Shown here piece after piece: positions 26,784 through 40,083 of a DNA stretch of 64,000 bases; position 1 is the stretch's first letter, and each line of letters opens with the position of its first letter. The notes under the pieces were generated by a model that saw nothing but the letters and a program-made list of their open reading frames with translations, searched no databases and was not told where the DNA came from. The position numbers and the translations under genes were made by a program. Source of the stretch: Amoebidium appalachense (lineage: Eukaryota; Protista; Ichthyosporea); contig CAVNZM010000011.1 in assembly GCA_963693365.1 (NCBI GenBank), positions 7,087,921-7,151,920 on the forward strand, given 5' to 3'.

Positions 26784-26814
<31 letters not shown>

Positions 26815-26931
26815 CAGGGGCACAGGGGCCGACATGTGCACGTACACACCCGCTTCCTCGTGCAGACACACGTATGCATGCACACACCCATGCACCCACA
26901 TGCACACTCACACACAGACAAATGCACATGT

Positions 26932-26986
<55 letters not shown>

Positions 26987-27357
26987 GAGAAAAATTTTCC
27001 CCCCTGCCAAACGCGGTGCACTTGACGCTTCTAGGCCAATGGACGTCACTTTCAACCGTTTTTGACCCTACCTTTCTCACTTTGTGCGAACTGGATATGA
27101 ACGAGTACTTGTTCACGCGTGACATCGACCCACCATCACCGTTTGTGTGGGTGAAAGAGAATACCTGGACCTTTGTATGGATGTGCATACCCGACTCCTC
27201 CCCCTTACCACCAGAACATATACACCGAAGGATTTGGTCGATATTGCAATACGAAATCAGTACGGTGGAATGGGTTGAAAGGACCGGTTCCCAATCCGGC
27301 CAGGAGTGGGTGGTGTGGTTGCCAGAAAAGGCAAAGCGCGAGCAGCTGAGGACGTGA
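23692..27357 (+). pseudogene. F-box/leucine-rich-repeat protein pseudogene
   Basis: F-box LTDLPLDTLMHVVSFLPNEARLNLSLVCR, followed by LRR-like segments (LVNLRRLVV, LAPLASCSFIRELQI, DLSPLTTCTSIHELEI). These are spread over several frames with TGA stops at ~23971, 24318, 24944 and 25876. Two probable introns. Confidence 0.75.
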
Positions 27358-27401
27358 GGGGATGGTTGAGTTGGTGTATCTGCATCCCGACTGCACGATC
27401 C

Positions 27402-27461
27402 GATTGGTTCGATTCAGATTGGTTCGATTCAGATTGGTTCGATTCAGATTGGTTCGATTCA
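27402..27461 (+). repeat. Perfect tandem repeat (GATTGGTTCGATTCA)x4
   Basis: Four exact 15-bp units, each containing ATTGG (CCAAT on the minus strand). Confidence 0.95.
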
Positions 27462-27852
27462 AGGCAGAACACACCAAAGAAGTGCCGTTGGTGTATCCAA
27501 GCAGCCCGTGGGTGACCCCCCCCCCCCCCCCCCCCCCCCCCCCGGAAGGATGGGCTCTACTGATTATGCATATTCGTGGTGTTTGCTCTTTTTTGCAATA
27601 TGGGGTTGCCTGCCGAACATGTGCACTTCCGTACTCTCTAACATATTCTGAACCCCCCCCCCCCCCCCCCCCCCCGTCCCCCGGCTATCCCTCCGTCGTT
27701 TGCGACGGGCCCTGGTTGTGATGCATATTCTCCATGCGTGTCTGCAATCTACACTGTGATGTGCGTTGTGAGTCTGTACCATTTATTTGTACTCTATGCC
27801 AAACTCCAACCCTTACTACACCCTTGTTTGCCACCCCCCTTTTGATGCAGAG

Positions 27853-27853
<1 letters not shown>

Positions 27854-27905
<52 letters not shown>

Positions 27906-28014
27906 CGGGTGCTGCCTATAAGACGAATTTCTCTTTCGTGTGTGCTCTGCGTTTAACAGTTTGCATGGTGTTGTCCGTCATGATCTCCACTATAACACAT
28001 TCTACTTCCTCCCC

Positions 28015-28045
<31 letters not shown>

Positions 28046-28164
28046 AAAAAAAAAAAAAAAAAGACGGGTACTGCCTATAAGACGAATTTCTCTTTCGTGT
28101 GTGCTCTGCGTTTAACAGTTTGCATGGTGTTGTCCGTCATGATCTCCACTATAACACATTCTAC

Positions 28165-28165
<1 letters not shown>
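27854..28165 (+). repeat. Tandem duplication of a ~160-bp Cn-An-unique unit
   Basis: Cn-An-GACGGGT(G/A)CTGCCTATAAGACG...CTATAACACATTCTACT occurs twice, each copy bounded by C-runs. Confidence 0.92.
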
Positions 28166-28215
<50 letters not shown>

Positions 28216-28380
28216 ACCGTCTCCTTCCCCTCCTCCCCCGTCCCTTTAAAAAAATAAGAAAGAAAGAGAAAAAACTCACCCAACCGAAAGAGAAAAAACT
28301 TGTTTCCCTTACATTTTTATGCACTCGTCTGCACCTTCTGCAAGCACCTTCATACCCGATGTATTTGTCCGTTTATTTCC

Positions 28381-28417
<37 letters not shown>

Positions 28418-28984
28418 ACCACCACCACCACCACCACCACCACCAAAAAAAAAAAGTAAAAAAAAAAAAAAAAGAAAGAAAGAAAGAAAGAAAGAAAGAA
28501 AAAAAAAAAAGAAAAGAAAAAGGAAAGGAAAGAGAAGGGTAAAGGAAAGAGAAGAAAGAAAAGAAAAGAAAAAAGAAAACCTAATTATCATCTGGGTGTG
28601 TCTTTTTCTGGACGTGTTCTACATCCCCTTGCACTTGCTGACTCCTTTACATTGCACTACTTTTTGGCATATTTATGTATTTAGTTGTTTGAGTGGTCCT
28701 CCGTCCTTTTGTTTTGTTCTGTGGGGTCCCCCCCCCCCCCCCCCCCCCCCCTCCCTTGCCTCCATTTTTGCCGCCTTCTTATCCATAGAAGACCCCCCTG
28801 AATCCACCCCTCCCCCCCCCCCCTCCCCCCCCCCTTTATCCCTACCAACACACACACACATGCACGCACGCACGCACGCACATGCACATGCGCGCGCACA
28901 CACACTCAGACACACACACACACTCACTCACTCACTCACACACACACACACACATACCGACAAACACATACACACACACATACT

Positions 28985-29079
<95 letters not shown>

Positions 29080-29084
29080 ATACT

Positions 29085-29159
<75 letters not shown>

Positions 29160-29685
29160 CGACACACATGTCGACACACATGCAGACACACGCACACACA
29201 CACACGCACACAGCTTTGGGCAGTTTCTTCTCCGTGTGCTGCCACTGGCACGTTTCCCCGAGCGCCGTTTCATCCAACTCCTGCATTGCCTGCTCCCCCA
29301 CATGCCTCTTGGCTGAAAACCCTACACACCGCTGCCTGCCTAGTACTACTGCCCCCCTACCCCCCCCTCCCTCCCCCCCCCCTCCCCCCCCCCCCCCCCC
29401 CCCCCCCCCCCGGCCCAACAAACACACGAACGCACGCGCGCGCGACATACACACACACACAATCACACACACACACACACACACACAACACACCCACATA
29501 CACAGAGTGGATTTTGCTCCTAAGTTATTGGACATTTGGTTTCTTGATGCCGTTTCTCATTACTAAGTTAGGGAAATCCTTGTGCTCCGCCCCTCCCTCC
29601 CGCCCCCTCTCCAAAAAAAAAATTGTTACAACCTACCAACCCATCGAGTTTCAAAACGCATACAAAAAAACACCTGGTAAAAAGA

Positions 29686-29718
<33 letters not shown>

Positions 29719-30080
29719 ATGTTTGGGTTGGATGTGTGTGGTGGTGGTGATGGCAGTGGTTTTTTTTTTTTGTGTGTGGTGTGTGTGTGGGTGGGTGGGT
29801 GGGTGTGTGGGTGGGTGGGTGGGTGTTGGGGGGAGGGGGGGGGGGGGGGGAACAGACGGACCTACGGAAATGGAACCACAGTATAATCGAAGAATCAAGC
29901 AAATGTAGTATAGATTTGATTACGAACACGGCTCACTGGATACACTGTGTACACAGGGCTCAATGCTGGGGGGTGGGAAGGGCCGGGCCACCTCTGACCC
30001 GAATCACGCGCCAACCTGATTACTTGGTAGGTTCCTTACGACATCCTACATCACTTTCCCTCACACACTCTCTCTCTGCC

Positions 30081-30118
<38 letters not shown>

Positions 30119-30579
30119 TCCACCTCACTCACCATCCTCATCCCACCACTACCACCACCACCACCACCACCATATCCCCCTCTCCCCCCCAGTTTTTACT
30201 GATGTCTTCTAATCCAAGAAAAGAATTCCCTTGCATGTTTGTGTTTTATAAAACATGCGCAGCAGATGCAGAGGCAAAGGTGTGTCACACAATAGGTAAT
30301 GTGAATGTGAAATTTTGTTTGTTCATATTCCCAAGAACAATATAACATATTCGATGAAAACTGGTTGCCCCATGGTGTTTTTGCGACTTTCTCAGAACCA
30401 GTATTATGCACTGCAAAACACACTTTGACTAACCATAGCCCTCCCTCTGCTCCATCTGTCCCCATCTCTCTCCCTGTCACTCACTCTCTTCACCTTCCTC
30501 TCTCCCTCTATTCCTTTCTCTAGCAGCCCCCCCCCCCCCCCCCCCCCCCCCGCTGCCGCCACCGCCGCTCTCCCTCTCA

Positions 30580-30598
30580 GCCTCTGGCTCTTTCTCTG

Positions 30599-30673
<75 letters not shown>

Positions 30674-30682
30674 GTCTCTCTG

Positions 30683-30719
<37 letters not shown>

Positions 30720-31430
30720 TGCTGCCTCTCTCTCTTGCTCTCGCTGTCTCCCTCCCTCCCTCCCTCCCTCCGTCCCTCCCTTCCTCCCTCCCTTCCCCCT
30801 CCCTTCCTCCCTCCCTCCCCCCCCCCCCCCCCCCCCCCCCCCCCTTCCCTCCCCCCTCCCTCCCTTCCCCCCCCCCCCCCCCCCTCCCCTCCCTCCCTCC
30901 CTCCCTCCCTCCCTCCCTTCTTCCCTCGCTCCCTCCCTTCCCTCCCTCCCTCCCTCTGCCCCTCCCTTCCTCCCTCCCTCCCTCCGTCCCTCCCTCCATG
31001 CCCCCTTCCTCCCTCCCTCCCTCCCTCCTTCCCTTCCTTCCTCAATCCCTCCCCCCCCCCCCCCCTCCCCCCCCCCCCCCCCCCCCCCCTCCCCCCCCCC
31101 CCCCCCCCCCCCGCTCCTTTCTTCCTCGCTCCCTCCCTCCCTCGCTCCCTCCCTTCCCCTCCCTCCCTCCCTCCCTCCCTCCCTCCCTCCCTCTCTCCCT
31201 TGCTCCCTCCCTCCCTCCCTCCCTCCCTCCCTCCCTCCCTCCCTCCCTCCCTCCCTCCCTCCCTCCCTCCCTCCCTCCCCCCTCCCTCCCTCCCTCCCTT
31301 CCTTCCCTCGCTCCCTCCCTTCCTCCCTCCCTCCCTCTGCCCCTCCCTTCCTCCCTCCCTCCCTCCGTCCCTCCCTCCATGCCCCCTTCCTCCCTCCCTC
31401 CCTCCCTCCTTCCCTTCCTTCCTCAATCCC

Positions 31431-31485
<55 letters not shown>

Positions 31486-32616
31486 CTTTCTTCCTCGCTC
31501 CCTCCCTCCCTCGCTCCCTCCCTTCCTCCCTCCCTCCCTCCCTCCCTCCCTCCCTCCCTCTCTCCCTTCCTCCCTCCCTCCCTCCCTCCCTCCCTCCCTC
31601 CCTCCCTCCCTCCCTCCCTCCCTCCCTCCCTCCCTCCCTCCCTCCCCCCCTCCCTCCCTCCCTCCCTCCCTCCCTCCCCCCCCCCCCCCCCCCCCCCCCT
31701 CTTCTCCCTCCCCCTCCCTCCCTCCCTCCCTTCCCTCCCTCCCTCCCTTCCCCCTCCTCCCCTCCCTCGCTCCGTCCCTCCCTCCCTCCCTCCCTTCCCT
31801 CCCTCCTCTCTCCCTCCCTTCCCTCCCTCCTCTCTCCTTGGCGCCTCCCTCCTCTCCCTCTCTCTTCCCTCCCTCCTCTCTCCCTCCCTTCCCTCCCTCC
31901 TCTCTCCTTCCCTTCCCTCCCTCCTCTCTCCTTCCCTTCCCTCCCTCCCTCTCTCCCTCCCTTCCCTACATCCTGTCTCCCTACCTTCCTTCCATCCTCT
32001 CTCCCTCCCTTCCCTCCCTCCCTCTCTCCCTCCCTTCCCTCCCTCCTCTCTCCCTCCCTTCCCTCCCTCCCTCTCTCCCTCCCTTCCCTCCCTCCCTCTC
32101 TCCCTCCCTTCCCTCCCTCCTCTCTCCCTCCCTTCCCCCCCTCCTCTCCCTCCCTTCCCTCTCTCCCTCCCTCCCTCCCTTCCCTCCCTCCCTCCCTCCC
32201 TCCCTTCCCTCCCTCCCTCTCTCCCTCCCTTCCCTCCCTTCTCTCTCCCTCCCTTCCCTCCCTTCTCTCTCCCTCCCTTTCCTCCCACCTCTCTCCCTCC
32301 CTTCCCTTCCCCCCCCCTCTCTCCCTCCCTTCCCCCCTCCTCTCCCCCCTCCCTTCCCTCCCTCCCTCTCTCCCTCCCTTCCCTCCCTCCCCCTCTCCCC
32401 CTCCCTTCCCCCCCCCCCCCCCCCCCCCTCCTCTCCCCCTCCCTTCCCCTCCCTCCCCTCCCTCCCTCCCTCCCTCCCTCTTCTCTCCCTCCCTTCCCTC
32501 CCTCCTCTCTCTCCCTCCCTCCCTCCCTCCCTCTCTCCCTCCCTTCCCTCCCTCCCTCCCTCCTCTCTCCCTCTCTCCCTCCCTTTTCTCTCCCTCCCTT
32601 CCCTCCCTCCTCTCCA
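30580..32616 (+). repeat. ~2-kb polypyrimidine tract: (CT)n, (CCCT)n and Cn, with an internal ~400-bp duplication
   Basis: Almost exclusively C/T on the + strand. The block TCCCTCTGCCCC...CCATGCCCCC...CCTCAATCCC occurs at ~30950 and ~31333. Confidence 0.95.
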
Positions 32617-32752
32617 CAGGTTAGCCTGCCAGGACGCTGCTGGACACCATATGATGCTTGTCGAAAGTGTGTGAATGTGAGGGTTGGAGATGTGTGGTAG
32701 CATGAATTGCGGGAGTAAGGTACTATGGGTGTAGGGAATACGTTAAATGCCG

Positions 32753-32860
32753 GCAATATCGATGCAGAGATTTACGGTTAATGAGGGCAATCTGGATGCA
32801 GAGATTTACGGTAAATGAGGGCAATATGGATGTAGAGATTTACGGTAAATGCAATATGCT
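32753..32860 (+). repeat. 34-bp tandem repeat, ~3 copies
   Basis: GCAATATGGATGCAGAGATTTACGGTAAATGAGG units with few substitutions. Confidence 0.85.
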
Positions 32861-33491
32861 GTAAATGGATGTAGACAAACAATGTTATGTTCCTGGAGGG
32901 CCCCTTGGAAGAAAAGGGGAGCTCGAATGCACATATGTGGGGGTAGATGGGTATAGTATTTGTGTTAGTGCGCGGGCGGGGGGGGGGGGGGGGGGGGGGA
33001 GGGGGGGGAGGAACGAGGGGAGCGGAGAGGGAGGGGGGGGGAGGGGGGGGGGGGGAGAGGGGGGGGGAGAACTTGCAAGTTTATAATATATATCCATGCA
33101 TGTACTGTTTTGGACTGCCTTTCTGGCCGAACACAATTCTGTACATATTGAATTTCTTTGTTTCAAATTTTTCCGTTAACCTTCGATTTGTTCCATATAT
33201 TTGCTGCGAAATACAATGGTGAAAATCATGCACATACCTTTTTTTTATATCTTTTTTTTTTTTTTTTTTTTTGATTCGTTCTGTATGTGTTTTGCCTGCG
33301 TATATGCGAAGTCTTGGTGTTTGTCAATAGAAATTTCAAAAGGAACTATTCCTTCCCCGAACATCTCCGGTACATGAATGTGTAGTCCGTGCCGATGATT
33401 CTACTGTGCATAGTCACAGTAAACACGAAACACCATATGCATGCATATACGTAAAGCCTTCTCCTGCATGTAACCCATAGTGGTGGCCGGT

Positions 33492-33564
<73 letters not shown>

Positions 33565-33854
33565 ATATAATGATGCACTGATTATGTAGTTTAACAAATA
33601 GCAAACAGGCAAGGAAACATGTCATCATGAACAAAACCTATCGAGGGCCTATCGTGCATTAATATTAATCCCATATCACCATTTTCTTGAAATCGATTAC
33701 GAAGGAACCACGCAACTCAATTCTGTTTTTATTTTCGGGCAGGGCTATATATGCCTATCATACGGTAAGGAGATTGCATGTCTATACTTGTGGAGATAGA
33801 ACTGGCAGTTACCGACTAGCTCCAGCTACTGTAAGACTTCATTATGACACCTGT

Positions 33855-33896
<42 letters not shown>

Positions 33897-33980
33897 GTAC
33901 TACCAGGTGGGACGTTGATAATTACTACTCCCAACAAAATCCCCATGCCTTACATGTGTGTGGGTACACATACTCGGGAT

Positions 33981-34053
<73 letters not shown>

Positions 34054-34652
34054 CATTTGTTCACAGTCATCCTATATGGTTATGCGTTTGCATGACCATG
34101 GCGCCACTTTTTTTTTTTTTTTTGGTTATTTGTAAGCAATTTTTTTAAAGTCAGCGGAAAACCTGGCTTTCTGCAGCAGGATGCCACAGTGCACTATGTA
34201 TAGAATTAAACTTACGCTATGTATTGCCCGTCCTGTAACAGTTATTGGCAGTCCGTTAATCCCCCCTACGAGTTACTCATTTAACCGGCCGAACAATGAC
34301 CTATTTTCCGACACACTGCTCAGGAGCTTTACATTTTTTCTATCGGCTTTCCCCCCCCCCCTTCCCCGTGGACTCGATGACTTAGCCATCAAGTTCTGAC
34401 TATCTATAGCTATCTTATAAACATATGAGGCAGCAGAAGGACTTACGATCACATCCCCCCCCCCCCCCCCCTCGCCACCAAAAAAAACAAATAAATAAAA
34501 AAATAAAATAGAATAAAAAATAAATAAAAAATAGGAACTACAAACAGCCAGAAAGGCACATCACACATTAATTTAGGGCATATACATTCTCCGGGAACTA
34601 CTACCGAAATAACGTCCCGTGGATCATCAGGTCAAGATCTCATGTGCTAAAA

Positions 34653-34684
<32 letters not shown>

Positions 34685-34840
34685 GAAGGAAGGAACCCAA
34701 CTAATGGAGATTCCTCTCGGTTTCTATGGTGTTAAATAGTGGAAGAAACCCCTGATATACAACCATCATCCCACCTCCACGTACCTGGTCACCGTGCAAA
34801 GCCAGTGTTTTTTTTTTGGGGGGGGTGGGTGTGTGTGTGT

Positions 34841-34898
<58 letters not shown>

Positions 34899-35123
34899 GT
34901 TTTGTGTCTCCCCTTAAATAAAACCCGATAGACCTAGCAGACACGAGAACCAGCAAGCCATTGAATAAGCCGATATACTTCAAAAACATGTATTCAAAAA
35001 AAGAGAAGAAAATAAAAACTAAAAGGAAAAGCTACATGCCATCTGCAGAAAACGTCTTATCCATCACATGGAACAAAACACCCAATCAACACCCAAGGAC
35101 AAACTTTTTCACAAACCTCCCGA

Positions 35124-36576
35124 TCAGAAGCCAAAGCTAAACCCGCCGCTCTCCCCTCCCTCGGCTTTCTGAGCAGTCAGGCTGTCCCAAAACGACGGTT
35201 TGTTTCTTTCCCTCTCCTCTTCTTTTACTTCCTCCTCCAATTTTTCGTACTCTCCAGGGAAAGAATTGGTAAACGCTGGGTAGAACTTACTGTACAGTTC
35301 CAGGCCCTTGCATCCACGAAGGCCCGACACCTGTGTGCGTGTGTGTGTGTGTGGTGGGGTGGGGGTGGGGGGAGGGGGAGGGGGGGGGGGGGGGAAGAGA
35401 GAGAGAGGAAGAGAGAGAATAGGGGGGGGGGGGGGGGGGGGGGGGGGGAGAGGAGGGTGGGGGAGAGGAGGGGAGGGGAAGGGGAGAGGGGGAGTGGAGG
35501 GGGGTTATGTCAGCACTTCAAGCTTCTTAAGCATACACAGCAATTTCCACATGCCTGTATAAGGGCACATGGTTATAAAAGGAAATTTGCTGCACCATAT
35601 ATACCGAAATCTATCGTTCACCAAAGATAAATGTCAAACGTCTTATCGACGTCAAGATTACGTCACATTGACATCCCGCCGTGAAATACCCAAAGAGAGT
35701 GTAACACCCACTAACGACCTATACCACCATATAGTCAAAAGGGCGCGCGCGGGGCCGGGGGAGGGGGAGGGGGGTTTTGAATGCGTCAAAAAGTACGAAG
35801 TACATAAGAACAAACGGATAACACGATGCAGAATGCAAGCCATACATAAAGAGTATGCATAATAAGCAGAGCCCATCCTCAGGGAGGGCCCACGTCATCC
35901 ACAGTACCCGAGTTTCGACCTATTCCCCTCGTTAACGAAACCCAACTCAGATACTGTTTCACTTGAACATGAGTAGGTCACCCGTCTTGATCAGAGACGA
36001 GCAGGGTTGCTTATGCAGGCAAGGGCAGTGGGAAAGGCCGGGGGTTAAGGGGGGGGGGGGGGATGCATGAGAGGGTTGGAAATATAGAGGAGACACCAAG
36101 GGACAAAATAAAAACCGTCACAAAAATAAAAAAGAATTCCAGATCAAACCATACAATCGAACAGGTAAAAAACATGCAGGCAGAAGACACTTAACAGAAG
36201 CCATCATCAGGGGCATAACTATGACTTCACAAAAGAATGGAGGAGGGGGGGGGGGGGGGAGAAAGGGGGTGATTTAAGGGAAGGGAAGAGGGGGATCCAA
36301 CATACATCATGGGGTTTATCGCGAATAAATTCCATAACTTTCACCAAATTGCGCCGGCTGACATAGTTCTGTGTGATGGCGATGCTTTCTTCCACGTTGA
36401 TGACGACATGCCACCACCCACTGGGCACAAAGATCACCTCTCCCTCTTCGACAATGCACTCGATGGGCCTGTGTACGGTGTGTACGTGTGTGTGTTTGTG
36501 TGTGTGTATGTGCGGGTGGGGGGGGGGGGGGGAAGGGGGGGGGGAAGGGGAGAGGGTGTGCTTTGTGTGTGTGCTT

Positions 36577-36646
<70 letters not shown>

Positions 36647-36724
36647 GGGGGGGGGGGGGGGGGAGGGGAGGGAGGGAGGGAGGGGTTTTTTGTGTTTTAG
36701 TTTGCCTGTGTGTCTGTGGTTGGG

Positions 36725-36760
<36 letters not shown>

Positions 36761-36776
36761 TGTGTATGTGTGTGTG

Positions 36777-36824
<48 letters not shown>

Positions 36825-36834
36825 AGGGGGGGGC

Positions 36835-36881
<47 letters not shown>

Positions 36882-37897
36882 GAGGGGGGGGGGGGGGGGG
36901 GGGGGGGAGGGGAGGGGTTTTTTGTGTTTTAGTGTGCCTGTGTGTCTGTGGTTGGGTGTGTGTTTGTGTGTTTGTGTGGGTCTGTGCATGTATGAACAGC
37001 GAAAAATGAGACCGAGTCGACGTGTTTCGTTGTAGATTGGGTTAGGGGCGACAGCAGGAAATGGGGAGGGAGGGGAGGGCGAAAAGAAATATTTTTTCCT
37101 CTAAGTAGTAGTTGAACCACTCAAGAGTCCATACACAAACAAGGCTAACGTGCCCATACCACCCCAAATCATATCCGCAAACAACCCACTATAGATCGAG
37201 CAGTATAATCCCAGTTTGTGTTTTAAAATCACGCACCTGACAGCGAACTCTTTTCTCATCTTGTAGCAGTTATTGAACCACCTATGAGTTTACACGCAGG
37301 TAGCTTGAAAGCGCCCCCCCCACGCTCAAACCAACCCGTATTCAAACTTAATTTTATATACCGTTTTTAAATTTTTAATATCACGCACCTGACATCGGAG
37401 TCCTTTGTCATCTTGTAGCAGTTATTGAACCACTCGCCCAGCGACACGGGTGCCGTGACCTCGTCCTCCTCCTGTATCACACCAGGTGGTGGCGTGTTCG
37501 GGGGGTACATGATCCACTTCTTGCGGCCCCTGCATAAGGCAGAGGTATAAGCGAGGGGCGTACATAATAACGCGTAATATAATGGCCATGTAGGTGATGG
37601 GCGTATGTACATGTTGCATATGCACGGGAGGGTGGGAGTGCGCCGGGGGGGGGGGGGGGGGGGGGGGGGTATATGATCCACCTCTTGCGTCTCTGCACAA
37701 GCAATATTTCAATAGCCACACATTAGTGATTAGTGTGTGTTAGAAGCCCCCCCCCCCCCCCCCCCCCAGCCCCCAAACCCTTTACATCCATACAGCCAAA
37801 CCCCCCTCTCCCCCTTCCCCCCCCCCCCCCTCTTGCCATACACGCCCCAGAAAATACTTACAAATACAATAAAACACAGGGTTAAAAGCCATTCAGC

Positions 37898-37953
<56 letters not shown>

Positions 37954-38235
37954 AACACTGCCCACCTATTCTCCTTCTTCCGGTTCTCCAATCATGTCCA
38001 CCGCAAAGCAAAAAAAAGATAACCAAATACCTGATCACGGCATTCCAAGCCGAGGTACAATTCGGGTCTATATGGAAGGTCGACCCGGACCGCGCCGGCC
38101 CAATGATGATCCATCGGTAATCGGGCCTCTCACCACCCAATAGGGAGAAGAGATCTTCGTTGAAGTATGGCGGCACGGTGTAATCGGATGCAAGACCAGG
38201 ACATTGGGTGGCAAAACTGTTTTTTTTTTTTTTTT

Positions 38236-38274
<39 letters not shown>

Positions 38275-38344
38275 AGGGAAGGGGGAGGGAGGGAGAGCGA
38301 GAGGGAGACAAGCGGGGAGGGGGGGAGGGAGAGAGCGAGAGCCA

Positions 38345-38379
<35 letters not shown>

Positions 38380-38964
38380 GGAGGGGGGGGACGGAGGAGG
38401 GGGAGGGAGGGAGAGAAAGAGAGGGAGGGAGGGGGTGGGGGGGACGGAGGTGGGGGAGAGGGGGGGGAAGAGAGAGAGAAGGGGGGTGGGGTGGGGGTGA
38501 GGGGGGTGGGGGGGGGGGGGTCAGCTTAGCCCTAACAGAATCCCCCCCCCCCCCGCGCCGGAGCCAGTGCCGTTTTACGAGGCTGACACACACATGAAAG
38601 AAAGGAGGGAGAACTTGGGGGGGGGGAAGAAAGAGAGAGAGAGATGGAGCAAAACAAAACGGAAAGCAAAGAGGGCCGGCAGGCAGGGGAGCTTGGGGGG
38701 ACAGGGGGGGGGGGGGGGGGGGGGGGGGGGAGGGGGGGGGCGGTAGAGTAGGGGGCATGGAGACTTACTATTTGTCGAACAGGTAGAGGGGGTTCTCCTC
38801 CATAGCCCCGTGTGCATATCGATAGTAGTCCCTCATCGTCAAGATGCCCGGCCCAGATGCAAACGTGGCATCCCCGTACTCCTTAATTAGGTACTCGGGG
38901 CTCCATTTTTGGTAGGCGGGCCACTCGGTCACAAGATCGGTGATGACAACGGGACGGTTGGGTC

Positions 38965-38995
<31 letters not shown>

Positions 38996-39449
38996 GGGGG
39001 TGGGGGGGTAGGGGGGGGGTAGGTGGACGGGTGTGTGTGTGTGCGTGCGTGTGTTTTGTGTGTGTGCGTGTGTGTGCGTGTCTGTGGGTGGGTGGGTGGG
39101 GGGAGGGGGGATGGGGGAGGGGGAGGAGGGGGGGGGGGTGAGTGTTTGGCTGCATGCGCGCGTGTGTGTGTGGGTGCTCCCACGTGAGAACCGTGTTTGT
39201 GGGTATGTGTGTGGTGGTTGTGTGTGCATGTGTGTTTGGGTTGTAATGTAACGGTGGTGGTGGTGGTGTGTTTGTGTGGGTGGTGATGGTGGTGGGGTGG
39301 GTAAGAACGTGGTATCCAAAAAGGCCCCAGCATGCAAGGAGAAACACGTATGCTCAATGAACAACACCAAGTACGAAAAGGAGGAGCATGACACGACGAG
39401 GGCTGAAAAGGAAATCGGGGCTGGGGACAAATATGTGGGTTTTTTGTGG

Positions 39450-39527
<78 letters not shown>

Positions 39528-40050
39528 CATTTCCTCCTGTTGTTTGTTCAGTCGTGTCGTGTAGCGGCGGCGAGAGAGTAAGGGTGGGAGAGAGGGGGGA
39601 AAGGGGGAGGAGGGTATTGTAGGTGGGTAGATGGACCTGCCTTGCACAAAGCAAGAGAGTGCAAATGCCAGAGACGTGGCCATGTAGTTGTGTGGCTGCA
39701 ATGGAGTATACATGTGTGATCGGGTGAGGATCAAATTGGCGCGTAATCCACGTTGCGGGAGAAAGGGGAGCCCCGGAGGGGGGGGGGGGGGGGGAGGGGG
39801 GGGGGGGGGGGGGGATGTGTTACAGAGTAAGAAGTATACATTCATGACGGACAACACAATGCGGGGGGGGGGGGGGGGGGGGGGAGGGGGGGATGTGTTA
39901 CAGAGTAAGAAGTATACATTCATGACGGAGAACACAATGCGCGGGGGGGGGGGGGGGGGGGGAAGGTAAGATGAGTACGAAGTATACACGTCATGACGGC
40001 CAATACAATGCAGCGCAAACCACAGTGTGCATAGAAGGGAGGGGAGGAGT

Positions 40051-40083
<33 letters not shown>

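Noticed and set aside
27402-27461. Possible CRISPR-like array
   Set aside because: Units are contiguous with no spacers, the context is eukaryotic, and there are no cas genes. The same applies to 32753-32860.
28359-29750. Many ORFs rich in poly-Pro, poly-Gly, HT or CV (for example the 463-aa ORF here)
   Set aside because: They are produced by Cn/Gn and (CA)n/(GT)n repeats and have no domain content.
30404-32756. ORFs of 629-737 aa on both strands (GGRE / PPSL repeats)
   Set aside because: They are translations of the (CCCT)n tract, which lacks stop codons by composition.
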